Source of the DNA: Cenococcum geophilum
Taxonomy: Eukaryota
Assembly (NCBI GenBank): GCA_050273025.1
Contig: CP158636.1
Span: 8,184,001 to 8,248,000 of the forward strand
Direction: 5' to 3'
Length of the DNA stretch: 64,000 bases
The notes beneath the pieces were generated by a model that was not told the origin of the DNA, made no database searches, and worked only from the letters and a program-made list of their open reading frames with translations. The number at the start of each line of letters is the position of its first letter. The first letter of the stretch is position 1. The translations under genes were made by a program, and so were the position numbers. Positions 1-11,926 of this stretch are shown one piece after another.

Positions 1-581
1 AATTAGAATTTAAATTGCCTAGGGTTGCAAAAGCAGAGTTATTAGTAGGGGTAGCAGAGGATGCTGCTTGCTGCATGCGGTAGTGCTCCTTAAATTCCTT
101 AATTAGATTGATAATAGATGGGGCTTCTTTGTCCTTGCGTTCCTTGCGAATAAGGTCTACTTTTAGAGCTCCTGTAAAGCTAGAAGAGATAGGCTTAATT
201 ACTTAAACGAAGTTATAGTGGGGCCTGAAGCCTTGCACGTCTAGTAGGTCTAATTTCTTAGTAAGCTTATAGACGTTCCTCCAGCTGTTCAGCTATTTGT
301 TAATGCTTTGCTTTTTATTGTAGGCTTTTAAAGCCGTGTATTAAATGAGGATGTTGTGCTTTTAACCTGATGTGGTAGGAGCTAGAGCTTTCTTAAGTGC
401 TTATAGCCATCTATATACTGTATCTAGGCCGTTAATAAGAGGGAGGTAGGCTACCGACGTCGTTCGTACAATGTAGTTGCTGATATTGTTAACAGCCTGT
501 TCTTGCTTTTGGTATATTCAAAGATCGTCCTTATATTTAGAATAGAGCTAGTTATAGGCAATAAGCTGGTTTGGTTCTAGC

Positions 582-3500
582 CAGTGTTCTCAATGGACTA
601 GATCTACCTCTGGATTGGTCTGGATATCCAAAATTCAATATAGATCCGGTTATAGGGTTTGATTGGCTTAATCTAAACTGGATTTGGAGTCTTAATTGTA
701 ACTGGATATCCAATAGATCCAGTTCTACATGTAGGTGGTAAGACTTTGGGTATAGGCGAACGCCGCCCGAGCGATCCAAGCCAATCGCTATATAATCTTA
801 AGCCGTCTATAAAGGCTCGATCTGTCGTGTAGCGACTAATTTAATCCAATGCAGTTAATTAAGCTGAGGTCGTTGATCCTGACGCGTTGTTCTTCCTAAC
901 GCGTCATCCTTATCGCGTCGCCCTTATTACTGCCCTCATCGCGTCACACTTATTACTGCCCTTATCACACCGCCTCTGCCGCTACCTATCTTACTGCCCT
1001 TATTATTTAACCTATCTAATCCTCCTAATCCTTCTAATTATATAGAGAGCTTTATTACTATTACCGGCCGGACAACGCGCGGAGGTGGGAGTAGCCATAC
1101 ATCAAGTAGCCGTGCTGTAGGCAAGGCTCCTGCTGTTCCTTAAAAGCGAGTTAGTAAGGCCTCTAGCAGTAGAAGAAAGAAGCGCCTAAAGATAACTACA
1201 GATACAATTAAGCCAGAGTCTCTTACTTATTATAAACTTAACTCTAACTCCAAGCTAGAGCTTCTACCGCCCCCAACAATTAAGCTAGGTCGAATTAAGC
1301 TTTATAATAAGTGGTATCGCAAAGCTAGCGATATCGCTGGCTAAAGGCGCGGTAAGAAGAGGTTCTCGCACATATAGGGTAATAAAAAAGGATTCGCGAT
1401 TATATATAAGACGTTAGGAGTTAAATACTACTACTACTACCGGTGCTTAGATAAGAAAAAGGATCCTATATATAGGCCGCTTAGTAAGAGGCTCTGCTAT
1501 CTATACTGCCTATTTACTAATTAGTAATTAGAACTTAATAGTAACTCTTCCGTTCTTAACTACTAGAAAAGAACTTACTAAATTAACTAGAGCGGCAGTA
1601 AGATAAAGCCAAAAGGGGCAATTAAGTAGTATATTAAGCAGCAGGATTATATCTAGGGTATTTAGTTTAAGCGCTTTAAGATCCTATTAATCCGCTAGTT
1701 AGTATACTGCCATATTATATTCTACCAGATTAAAAACGTCTACTTTCTAGAAATAATTTAGTATCTACATAAAAGCCTTATTAAGTATATTCCTTCTTAT
1801 AATACAATCCGCAGCTAGGTAATAAATAAGTTTTAGAAGTAGAAGCTTTAACTATAAAATAACTTACGAGAAGCTCAATCAAATATCCACCTATCTTTTA
1901 ACCTTTAGATATCGCCAAACTACTACGCAATAATTGCAATTATCGCCTATTATATTAATAAGAACGGAGCTCAATAGACAAAGCTTTTTACTTTACGGCG
2001 GCTTAAAGGTAAATACACCAGCGCAAATTAAGCCCAGATCATCCTTAATATAATTAGTGAGTATAGAATTAGCGGCAGGATAGGATACTTTATGCTTAAT
2101 AACGCGTTAAGCAATAATATAGCTATCAACTTAATTCTAAAGACTCTCTATCTAAAAATGTCAGAAAAGCAGCGAAAGCGATGTCGACTATAGTGCCTAG
2201 GCTATATGGTTAATCTCTATACGCAGGCGTTCCTTTTAGGTAAGAAGGCAGATACTTTAATACAAGAGCTTAAGCTAGCTTACAGTAGGCACGACTTTAA
2301 GTTAATCGCGAAGATCTAAAGGCAGTAGGGAGCTCTTAGCCGTCTGCATAACATTATAAGGTATATTAAAATATTACCTTAGCGCCGTAATAAGTTCCGG
2401 AGGGTGGTAGTTAGCAGCAATTAGTCGTTGTTTAATAAGCTTGAAGTAAGCGTTAAGGAGATTTTTAAAATCTCGTAATATTCGCTACCCGGGACCGGAT
2501 TTTCTAATATCCGGCCTATAATAGCAATCTTTCTATAATCTATTAACTAACCTCTCTATTAGCTTATTTAAAGTAATGCAACAAGATAGAACTTATATTT
2601 CAGCTTTATTATACGCGCTATTAATTACAAGCAACGTATATAGCAATTCTACGAGACCTATAGGCCTAAGCGCGGCAACGGTATTAAGAACGATCGCCTT
2701 ATATCCCACTACTGGTTTCTTCTTAAAAAGCTTTTATTTATCCTACAGCCATTCTATAAGGCGACTATATATAGCTAGGGCCATAAGCATACTCTCTACC
2801 GCTGGTTTACTACTATGGATTAGCTTCTTAACTACACCTAGGACGCTAAGGTAGATTTTAAAAAACACTATATAGAGTATAACAATTATAAAGAATACGC
2901 CTACCTTAAAGCCGCCGCCTATACGTTATAGAAGAAGTGCGAGGAATACTACAACCTAGCCAACAACAGTGCTGCTTACTACGCTACTTAGGTGCTCTTA
3001 CCAGATAAGAAGTGGTGGTAATTTTAGTAAAGATTTAACGGCGATAAGAATAAAAAGTACTAGCTTGCTAGTAGGCCCAAGGACCTAAAGGATCGCGGGG
3101 TTTAAGGCTTAGTAGAAGACCTTTAGCTAGAGGAGTATAAGGGCAAGTACAGTACTCCTATATCTATTAAGCCTCCGTTATTAATTAAGTTTACATAGGG
3201 TAAGACTTTTAGTAAACTTAAAAATCATAAATAGATTAAATACGTACCTTTTAGTAGATCCGATACCTACTAAAGCTATATTAGAAGCGACCCCAAACAG
3301 ATTAACAATCCTTTAGCTTATTAGAATAGCCTTTACTTCTTATAACCTAACCTTACTCGGTTTGCCCTTAATATATTAGCTATACCTCTTATAAGCGCTA
3401 AATGCGAATGCGTGTTTAGTTTAGCTAAGCACCTAATTACTAACCCCCGCAATTATCTTAAAGCCGACATCGTCGAAGCCAATAAGTGCCTTAAGTCCTA

Positions 3501-3995
3501 GTTTAGGCGTCCTTAGGCTAAGGCTTTTGCGAAAGGCGTTAATCCTAACGTTAATAAGCAATATAAGGAAACTACTGCCAAGGCTGCCGCCAAGGAGGAA
3601 GGCAAGGCTACGGGCGAGGTAGATACACAAGCCAGCGGGCAGCAAGCCAGGCAGGAAGATGGGCAGGAAGATGAGCAGGAAGATGAGCAGGAAGATAAGC
3701 AGGAAGATGAGCAGGAAGATAGGCAGGAAGATAGGCAGGAAGACGAGCAGGAAGATGGGCAGGAAGACGGGCAGGAAGATAAGGTTAATGAGGACGATGT
3801 AGTCGAATATACGATCCTTAACGACTGATTTGATCCTCAATACTATGCCAAGAGTCGCGATAGTTAGCCAAAATATACAATCTATTTGGATTATCTGGTT
3901 TAACCGGTTAATATAACCGGTTAAGAGGCTTGATCCTATATTTGGATTGGATTTGAAGCGATTTTCGTATCCAATCCAGTCCATTGAGAACACTG
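582..3995 (+). mobile_element. Full-length hAT-superfamily DNA transposon, RIP-inactivated
   Basis: 18-bp perfect TIR CAGTGTTCTCAATGGACT (582-599 / 3978-3995) and 8-bp TSD GTTCTAGC (574-581, 3996-4003). Transposase relic: IGYFMLNNALSNN, RL*CLGYMVNL, GALSRLHNIIRYI, and the hAT dimerisation motif FALNILAIPLISAKCECVFSLAKHLIT. Many TAA/TAG stops. Confidence 0.95.
3649..3780 (+). repeat. 12-bp minisatellite (~11 x [G/A][A/G]GCAGGAAGA[T/C]) encoding an acidic EQED/GQED tail of the hAT transposase
   Basis: Tandem units read directly; they generate the spurious minus-strand LIFL-repeat ORF 3433-3993. Confidence 0.9.
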
Positions 3996-4480
3996 GTTCT
4001 AGCTTCGCTATTAATGTAGCCGTCGGTAGTATGTCCCTTGATGTGGGTTGACTTGGTAGTTCTAGCGTTAGAAGATCTTTTTCCTTCTTTAATGGGTTGA
4101 TGTATTGCCATACCTTATTCGTTTCGGCCGTGTCTTAGATAATAAAGAACCATTGTGTCCAATCAGAAGGCTGGTTAAGGATAAGGTTGACTTTTGATTC
4201 GTTTGTAGTCGTTATTTTTAGGATTTTTAACAGGTTAGGCAGGGTCCAATTGGCGTCTTGGCGAAAACCTTATTTTGACGTTTTTTTGTTTCGTTAATTC
4301 GTTCGTCGGTCAGGTACGTACGGTCGTCGACTGTGGTTGATCGTCCGTTCGTTTAGTAGGTGAAGAAGCTTAAGACACTGCAAAGGTAGTAGAAGTAGTG
4401 ACTTCTTAAATAAGGTAGTAGATTGATGGTGCAACAGGTAGATTGATTGCTTAGTAGGTAGTGCGATCCGGGCTTATAAC

Positions 4481-4727
4481 TGTAAGCTTTGCAGTGCGAA
4501 GAATTGAATGAACGACTTGATTGTAAATGTAGCTCTAAAGCGTCTATATATACACGAAGTGGGTAACAACAAGATAATGACGATGATGCATAATTGCCGA
4601 GGTAGACAGCGCTTACAGTCGGCAATAGGTAATGGAAATAGGTAGTGAGACATAGGTAGTGAGACATACGATGTTAAGAAACGGGTGGTGAGTTATAAGG
4701 TAATGCGAGCCTTGGTAGTCGGTTACA
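4481..4727 (-). repeat. 5' LTR of the Copia element (247 bp)
   Basis: Minus strand reads TGTAACCGACTACC...GCAAAGCTTACA with TG...CA ends. Same termini as the solo LTRs at 62851 and 63327. Confidence 0.9.
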
Positions 4728-5369
4728 GTATATATTGAGGCTTAATAGCCTATACTAATTCGACAGAGTTCTCCTTCTTAACTGCATCGTTTAATAGGAC
4801 GCTATATAGAAAAACGCGACACCACAACAAGGCTAATAGGGGGCGACTTAACCATAACAACTAAAGGACATTAACTAGAGATAGTAGACACTTATAGACC
4901 TCCTAAAAGACACTACGGAAGATCTAGGGAAGGGTAGCGCATATAGTATAATAAGTAAGCCAAATTGTCTAGGAGCTCTAGATAAAGCATAATAGGAATA
5001 GAACGCGGTAGAGGATAGGCTTAGATATATTAAGGATGCTATAAAATTATAGGGAACACTAATAGTATATATAGCAAAGCCATTATAGGCCAATATTACG
5101 GTAGGCGCCTAACTGGCGCCCCTCTAGCGTATACCTAGCGTAGTACCGGCTAGTACTATAGGGTCTAAATACTAAAGGTAGCAGGCGTAGAGCTAGAATA
5201 GATCCTTATATTAATTAAAGTATATATACTAAAGGTAGTAGTAGTAAGGTTCCTATATAGCGGCAATATAGAGGTTATACTCCCTAACTAATAGGTAAAA
5301 GACTAGGCTATTACTTAGGAGATACCTATTATATAGCGCAGCGCCACTTGTCCCTCCATTATCACTATC

Positions 5370-7460
5370 ATAGAATAGATCCCGCCAGTACTGCGCTATC
5401 TAAAGGCCTTAATCCCTTAAAGCCTAGAACATATACTACCCTATTAGAGTCCAGTAATGTCCCTCTATCTACTCTATAGTACCGCGCATATAAACGACCC
5501 TCCAGACAAGAGAAGGCAAAACGCCAACAGTACCTCACCCCTTCGGAAGAGAAAGCCCTTATTAAATGTCTAATAATGGCTTCCATGTTCCGATTAAGTA
5601 CCTACATTCACTAGCTCTTATCGTTGCACGTCAGCACTCTTCCGTCTTTTAGGCTCCCACGACCGACAAAACAATCCGCCCTCTGGCAAGAACTGGCCTT
5701 AAGGCTTCTACAAACGCTATCCCAAGCTTAAAGCAAAAAGGTTAAGGCGTTATATTGGAATCGGCACGATAATAACATCTACGATAAGATTATAGAGTAG
5801 TTTAAGTTAATTGGGAGGGAACTATATAACCCGGTTATTCTGCCGGAGAATATCTATAATATAGATGAAATGGGGGTTATATTAAGCATGCTTGGCTCCC
5901 TTAAAGTCTAGCAGGTAAGGACGACCTACAAACCTATAGAGGCGCGGGCGTCAAGCGAATAATAGTAACTGCGATCGAGTGCATTTCTGCAGACGGTAGG
6001 TCTCTCTTCCCACTAATTATCTGGCCAGCCGCAACCTATTAAAGCATATAAACTACATACTCTACCCCTAGCCGGCATTTTACGTGCTCCTAATCGGGAT
6101 ATACTAATTCTAAGATCAGCTTAGACTGGCTTAAATAAGTGTTTAATCCCCAAACTAAATAACGGGCGAATTAGAAACCACGGGTTTATATCTATAACGG
6201 CTTCGGAACAGAGTTGGGAATAAGCAAGCTAGAAGGCCTATTTTAAGTAAGCAAGCAAGCCAAATAAGGCTTAGCTTATAAGCTAGCTTACCCGCTTAAT
6301 ATGTGAGGTGATAAGCTCCGCACCACTCAGCCACACAAACCTACAAAAGGTAAACGAGTGACTGGCTTGATGCCAGACACGGCTGTGCGGAACAATACAT
6401 ATAGGCGAGGTGACTTCGTCACCTGACATAATAGGTAATATATATATATAATTTAGTAGTTAGTTTAATAATTTTATATATAAATACCACAAATAAGCAC
6501 TAGTTAGTTATTTTTTCCGGGCTAACCGCCTATATATCTCTATTACGTACCTCTTTAAAGCTTCTCTATAGTTCTTTTTATGTAATTTCCCAATTATATC
6601 CTTAGCACTATAAAATTTAAAAGCCAACTTAAAGCCTCTTAAAGCCTCCCTTAATACCTTGCCAAGCTTTATAATAACCACCCCTATATAACTGCGCGTT
6701 ATAACTACGGGTTAGGCCATAGAGGAGAGATTTTAAAGTGGGCCATAGCCTTAATTTTGTATACAACCCCAAGACTTCTATAGAAAAATTAATTAAGCGG
6801 GCAAGCAAGCCAAGCAAGCCGACGATTTTAGCCAAATAAGCCAAGCAAGTAAGCTTAAGGTGTCAAAAATTGCAAGCCAGCAAGCTAAGCCTACTCAGCT
6901 TGGCTCGCTTACTTATTCCCAACTCTGCTTCGGAATATACAAGTCGCTCGAAGTAATAGAGTACTATTTTAAAAATAATATTATCCTTTGCCATATTCCA
7001 TCGCATACCTCCTATAAGCTCTAGCCTTGTGACGTCGGAGTCTTTGGCCCACTAAAGGCCGCATATCGCGAACAGGTTAAACGATTTTATTGAGGGGCGA
7101 ACGCAGTCGGCAAGCAGCATTTTACATTACTCCATAGCCGTGCGCGTAAATAGGCGCTCACTTTCGAAACATTAAGTCCGGTTGGTCGAAGACAGGTCTG
7201 TATTCGTTCGGCCCCGACAGAGTACTTAGAGATATCCAGAAGCCACTAGCCGAATTGCACGTTCCGAAGGATAATGATTTGAAGGTGGAATCTTGTCTAT
7301 AAGGCATAATGCTACAAACGCCAGTTATATCGGAGGCTCTTACGTCGCTGCAAATCCGCATCGAAGATGATGCTCAATTCCTAGATGGTCCAAGCAAACA
7401 CCGCTTGCAAAAACTGGCCAATGCCGCCCAAAAGGCCTTTGCTGAACGCGCCCTTCTTCT
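5370..7460 (+). mobile_element. Pogo/Fot1-like (Tc1-mariner superfamily) transposase relic, 3'-truncated, interrupted by a non-autonomous hAT
   Basis: Translates to QYLTPSEEKALIKC, NIYNIDEMGVILS, VTAIECISADGRSLFPLIIW, IYNGFGT / YKSLEV, IPSHTSYKL*PCDVGVFGPLKAAY (HTH plus DDE_1 layout), with stops and frameshifts. TIRs not identified. Confidence 0.9.
6209..6927. mobile_element. Non-autonomous hAT-type element (719 bp, MITE-like)
   Basis: 21-bp TIR CAGAGTTGGGAATAAG[C/T]AAGC with one mismatch; 8-bp TSD CTTCGGAA (6201-6208, 6928-6935); subterminal AAGC repeats; no credible ORF. Confidence 0.95.
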
Positions 7461-7542
7461 AGTCACGCACCCTTCGTTTGACAGTCCTTGTGTCCTATGA
7501 CTGGCACATTCTGCACTATAGTATTTGACGATCTCCATAGAT

Positions 7543-9651
7543 TTAAATCAGTATCATCCACCCTTCTAAAGAATCAGCCGTATCACCATTAAGCCTCGTC
7601 CATTTCAGCCTCGAGAACCGGGACACGTCCCGGTCCGTGAAGATTTCCCCGTTCATAATTCCGTGAAGATAGCATGGCCCAACGACTTGGAGTGCCTCCT
7701 TAAATAGATTTTCCTTGTATTTTACCTTCCCTGCGGGCCGAACCACGTATGGCATATCGCAGCCATTAAAGATTGCAACAAAATCACCACCTCGAACATC
7801 CCTTGAAGCAAGCCCTACGTATCCTTCTGTAGTTACAAACAACAGGTTAGGAACGAGAATGATTGCTAAGTGGTTGAGGAACCCTAATGCGATTTCGCCG
7901 TCCGTACTAAGTGGTCGAGACTCTACTCCCAATGTCTTGAGGAGCACGTGTTGAAATACTTCTCCGGTTGGATTAAAGCAATGTGCTGAAAAGCAATCCC
8001 AGATTGTAGTTAGCTAAGGCAAGCTGCCTTGTTTGAGGTGATTGAGACTCTGGAGGCCAGGAAGCCGCGTTAAGAGGAATTCTGCCCCATTACAATCGCT
8101 GGTTCCGCCTGTTAAGGTTTTTGCTAGGATAAGCCAGAGTGATTCTGAAGTAGGTTGGACGACGAATTTGGGAGGAAAGCAAGGTATTTCTTGTAGTTAA
8201 TTGATAATAGAAAAAAAAATCTGGGGTCATATGCGTAATACGGACTACTTTTCTCGTCATGTATCTAAGTGGTTGTTGCGATAATATCGAAGATCGTGCT
8301 CGTGACGCCTATGGCACTAAGCATTTCCGGGTGAGGAAATAAATAGAAAGGGGCCTGTCGGGCAGTATGATAGCTCCTATTGAGTGGCGAGGCCCACCTA
8401 GAGGCTAATAATGAGCGAAACTCCGGTACCCAAGAAGGCAGATAGTCTCGATCGGCGATATTAATGGGCGGCCGTTGATTATCCTCGGTGTTGGTGTCCG
8501 CGTCCTCCAGATTTGTCTTGTGCTGTCTGCGGCACAGTCCAGCCAAATAAATGTGCTTGACGGGTGAATACCTCCTGGTAAAGTCAGTATAAGCCTCGGC
8601 TACGGTTCTGTTATAATCCGGCGTTATGGGATATAGAGATTTCGTCATTTGCCAGCATTGCGTAGACTCTGTCGCGGTCATCGGAACAGTCACGATTGCG
8701 CATCTGCTTCCCAAGAATGTTGGTCATAAGATGATGGTTCCTATCACCATATCGATCAAACAGTTGAAAGACGTCCCGTTGCCGTACAAGTTCCCAGGCG
8801 GGCTTGAGACCTTCTAGCCTTAATCGCTCTTCTCCGAGCGGGACTTGCCTCAGAGCTCCGCGAAGTGTTTCTAGTGCTCGAGCGAAAGCGGTCCAATCCA
8901 TGGTGGAATGTCCACAAGATACGATCAGCTCCGCAGCCAAGCTGACTTCTTGAACAATCCATACTCTGTTGAACCACGATCGAGAAACGAGATAGTCGAC
9001 GTGAGCTTTGATGGCATCGTAGATGAGATTTTGCGCTCCGTCATCGCAGATATTGACGGAAGGAAAGTCTGGAAGCCATCGAGGCTGGTCAACTTTATCG
9101 CTGATTCCGAAAGACTCTGCCTTCGATGCTAGTCGTGCCATGAACTTCATAGCTTCCGTCATGTACTTCGAGGCTGGCGCGAGCCAGGCTTGTACTCTTT
9201 TTGCCTTGCTGTAGATATCAGCCATAATGGCGACTTGTTGAGTCTTCTCGACTGTGTCTGCTTGGTTAATACAGATAGCGTCCACTCACAATAGTCTGGT
9301 GCGATCAGGATAGCTATACGCCATGAGCGCGGCATAGAGGTTGCGGCTAATTTTCAAAACTTGATTGCCTAGGAAGAGAGTCCGGTCAAACTCGGGATAG
9401 TCACCTCAGGCGTACGAAATAGCCTCATATTCGCATTGAGCGTCAAGCTTGTGGACCTTAAGGGAGCCTCTCAACTCCGAGCGGTCATTGGAGGCTCGTT
9501 CCAGATGGAGGAGCCGAATGTAGCCTGGGCCAGGTAGCCGAGGGTAGTCAAATGAACCGATTACTCGCATGCAATGGAGGCTGCTTCCTGGTGGGCCTAT
9601 TCTCAGTTGCTCAAGGTCGCCCGGAAGAAAGGTATAGAACTGTTTGGCCAT
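7543..9651 (-). pseudogene. HET-domain (PF06985, HET-6-like) pseudogene
   Basis: IRLLHL...YEAISYA*GD...LL*VDAICINQADTVEKTQQVAIMADIYSKA...WFNRVWIVQEV...SDDRDRVYAML...LPSWVPE...LFVTTEGYVGL...VVGPCYLHGIMNGE. In-frame TGA at 9406-9408 and 9286-9288, plus frameshifts. 5' end uncertain (may extend to ~9750). Confidence 0.92.
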
Positions 9652-10079
9652 GTATGTTCGGAGTATCTAGCAAGGCCGCCTGCGGGAGCCGTCGGTACCG
9701 GATCGTAGCTCCAGAGATTGGACACACCGGTTGGTCCTTTTTCATCCCAAAGTTATGGTAAAGACAGGAGGCAAAGAGCTGTTTTGGAAAGAAATTCTGC
9801 TGTTCAGCCTGATGGGCGTCGGTGACAGCGGACGGCCTAATCTTCCCGCAAGACGCCAAGAACGTGGCTGAGTCGCGGTCTCCGCAACAAGCCTCTCTGC
9901 ACCTGCAGCTCGTTGTTTCATCACGAACATCGCCTTGCACCGCATCGAATCGTTCGGATGGGTGGCACAGCTGAAGCTTTTCCGTAGGGCTTGCAGCACA
10001 ATGGGCGACTTCGTTTCTCCTTCAACGCGGACCGCGGTACGGCCGTCATGGGTTGGGACCGTTTGGTCCTCCGCGGTCC

Positions 10080-11282
10080 TGGAAGACTCGACGCGACGAG
10101 AGCGCGCCGGTTGCTTGTACCATCACGAGCGTCTCGCTGGACGAGAAGCCGAGCTATATCGCGCCCTCCTATGCATGAGGTGACACAGCTAGGACGCGTC
10201 CGTTGCTTCTCAATGGCAGGTCACTCTATGCGACTGCGAGTCTGGACGTCGCGCTCCGGCAGATCCGCAAGATGCAAGCGGTGAAAGGCGCTTTCCGATC
10301 ACAACTGCTTTGGGCTGATGCTGTGTGCATCAATCAAGATGATGAGATTGAGAAGGGTTGGCAAGTTTCCAAGATGAACCGGATCTTTGAAGATGCGGTG
10401 TACGCCTTGGTGTGGCTGGGCCCGTCGTTCGACGACAGCGACAGGGCGGTGGAGACGCTAGAACATGTCGGCTTTACTGTCAATTCGAGCTACGATCCAT
10501 TTGACAACACAAAGCTGCGGGCGTTCGATATGTTGGCGAAGCTGGACAACTTCTCTTCAGCATTGAAAAGCTTGCCATAGCCAGGCGTATTCTCGCCAGT
10601 GTCATTTGTCATGTCTTCGAAGGTAGCCTCTTCGGTATCCAGTCCCCATGTGTGCGTAAGTATCGCATAGGGAGGGATTGGATCGTCGCCGTCCAGGTCC
10701 TTAGTGAGGCTGAATTCGCGTCTCGCTGCGTTGCAGAGGCCGCATGGTTGCGCGCGGAGTTTGACGCGAGCAAGCGCTGGGAATCGAGCTCATAGTCACT
10801 ATGGGGCTGAATCCACAGCCCAAATTGTGGCGCAGTGAGGCTGATAAAGAACGTAGCAACTGTTGAGCGCAAGTCTAACAATCTTTCCGGTGGTATCGCA
10901 GGTCAGACCGTTAGAGTCCGGTAACAACCTAACTATTTCTAGCTGACTTGCGTGGCAGATTTGCCCCATATACCACATATATTGTTGGCGATAGTTTAGA
11001 AGCATTGTGTAGGGTATTGGTCATGGCATTGGAGGGCACGGTGCGCGAATCAAGCGACAAGACAACCATACTTATGAAATTTTTAGGGGGAAGGATCTTG
11101 AATGTTAAGGAGTTGCTACAGAGCAGATTGACTATAGCATTATTAAAATTTCAGCGCATGCGCAGGTTCTAAGCTGCTCGAAAGTCAAACTACCTCCGAC
11201 TTCTTTCGCAACGCAGGGTGTTTCAGTACACCGAGGGGGAGGTTATATTGACTATTTCTTAGTCCCGAAAAGTACACTCTCG
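10080..11282 (+). pseudogene. Second HET-6-like pseudogene, divergent from the first; C-terminal remnant probably resumes at 14473-~14620
   Basis: VACTITSVSLDEKPSYIAPSYA*GD...LLWADAVCINQDDEIEKGWQVSKMNRIFEDAVYALVWLG. Near 11210-11282: RRV/FSTPRGRL..LVPKSTLS, resembling the HET-6-type C-terminal motif. Confidence 0.8.
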
Positions 11283-11926
11283 ACAAGGGTGTGGCCGGAT
11301 CGGCCGCCCTCCCTACTAGCCTACCTACTTGCTTCACCATCAGCCACAACATTTCTACAGGCCGCCTACTTTGACACTCCCAGCTATTAAGCTCTTATTT
11401 TTTGTGCTAAAATAATAGCACTATCCTTATTGTTAAGATAATCTTCAGCTTTAGCGTAGGCGATTATTTTGTTCTATACAAGTTTAATAAGTCCAATCAG
11501 AGCTACAAACGGAAGCTGACGTGTCAGTTATGGCTATGGCTATGCTGCATTATGCCCCAATACCCCACTAGATTTCAGCCTATAAGACTAAATTTAATCG
11601 CGATACCTCCACCTCATTCCATTCCCCTTTCCTTCTCAAGTCTCTCGCGTTTTAACTAGTTTCCATTAGTAAAACCCAATCCTCCTCCCCCTTAAGCGAT
11701 GCTAAGCACTTAGTATTCTTAAGCCCATTAAACTTTATAAAGAAACCACTGCGACTAAATAAAGCTAACTAAATCTAACTGACCTCCCTAACCCAAATTT
11801 ATTCTCCTTAAGACTCTAGTCTTAACCTGCTTCTATAGCACTCTACTAGCAAGACGCATATAGCCTTCGCTTTCGTTTTCCACCGCTTTAGACTCCAGCA
11901 ATTAAACCGTTAAAGGAAGATAAATT

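Larger units (their letters stand above)
1..4727 (-). mobile_element. Ty1/Copia LTR retrotransposon (5' LTR, PBS, gag; runs off the left edge), RIP-degenerate, interrupted by a hAT element
   Basis: LTR at 4481-4727 followed on the minus strand by GTTATAAGCCC, a RIP form of the copia-type PBS GGTTATGAGCCC. The minus-strand gag relic starts ~4215 (ITTTNESKVNLILNQPSDWTQWFFII*DTAETNKVWQYINP) and continues in frame across the hAT insertion (LEPNQLIAYN*LYSKYKDDL...VQGFRPHYNFV). Confidence 0.85.

Noticed and set aside
3433..3993. 186-aa hydrophobic LIFL-repeat ORF
   Set aside because: Antisense reading of the 12-bp minisatellite and the hAT right end.
4728..4732. Flank of the Copia 5' LTR (TATAC on minus) equals the TSD of the solo LTR at 63327, suggesting a rearrangement
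   Set aside because: The solo LTR has its own TSD on both sides and a different U3; a 5-bp AT-rich match is expected by chance or target preference.
4733..5369. AT-rich RIP-like segment between the Copia LTR and the Pogo ORF
   Set aside because: Probably TE-derived, but no TIR, TSD or protein motif could be supported.
7543..9651. Stop-codon recoding (UGA=Trp or editing) rescuing the HET-6-like gene
   Set aside because: The gene also has frameshifts, and intact neighbours such as the GH47 gene end in TGA.
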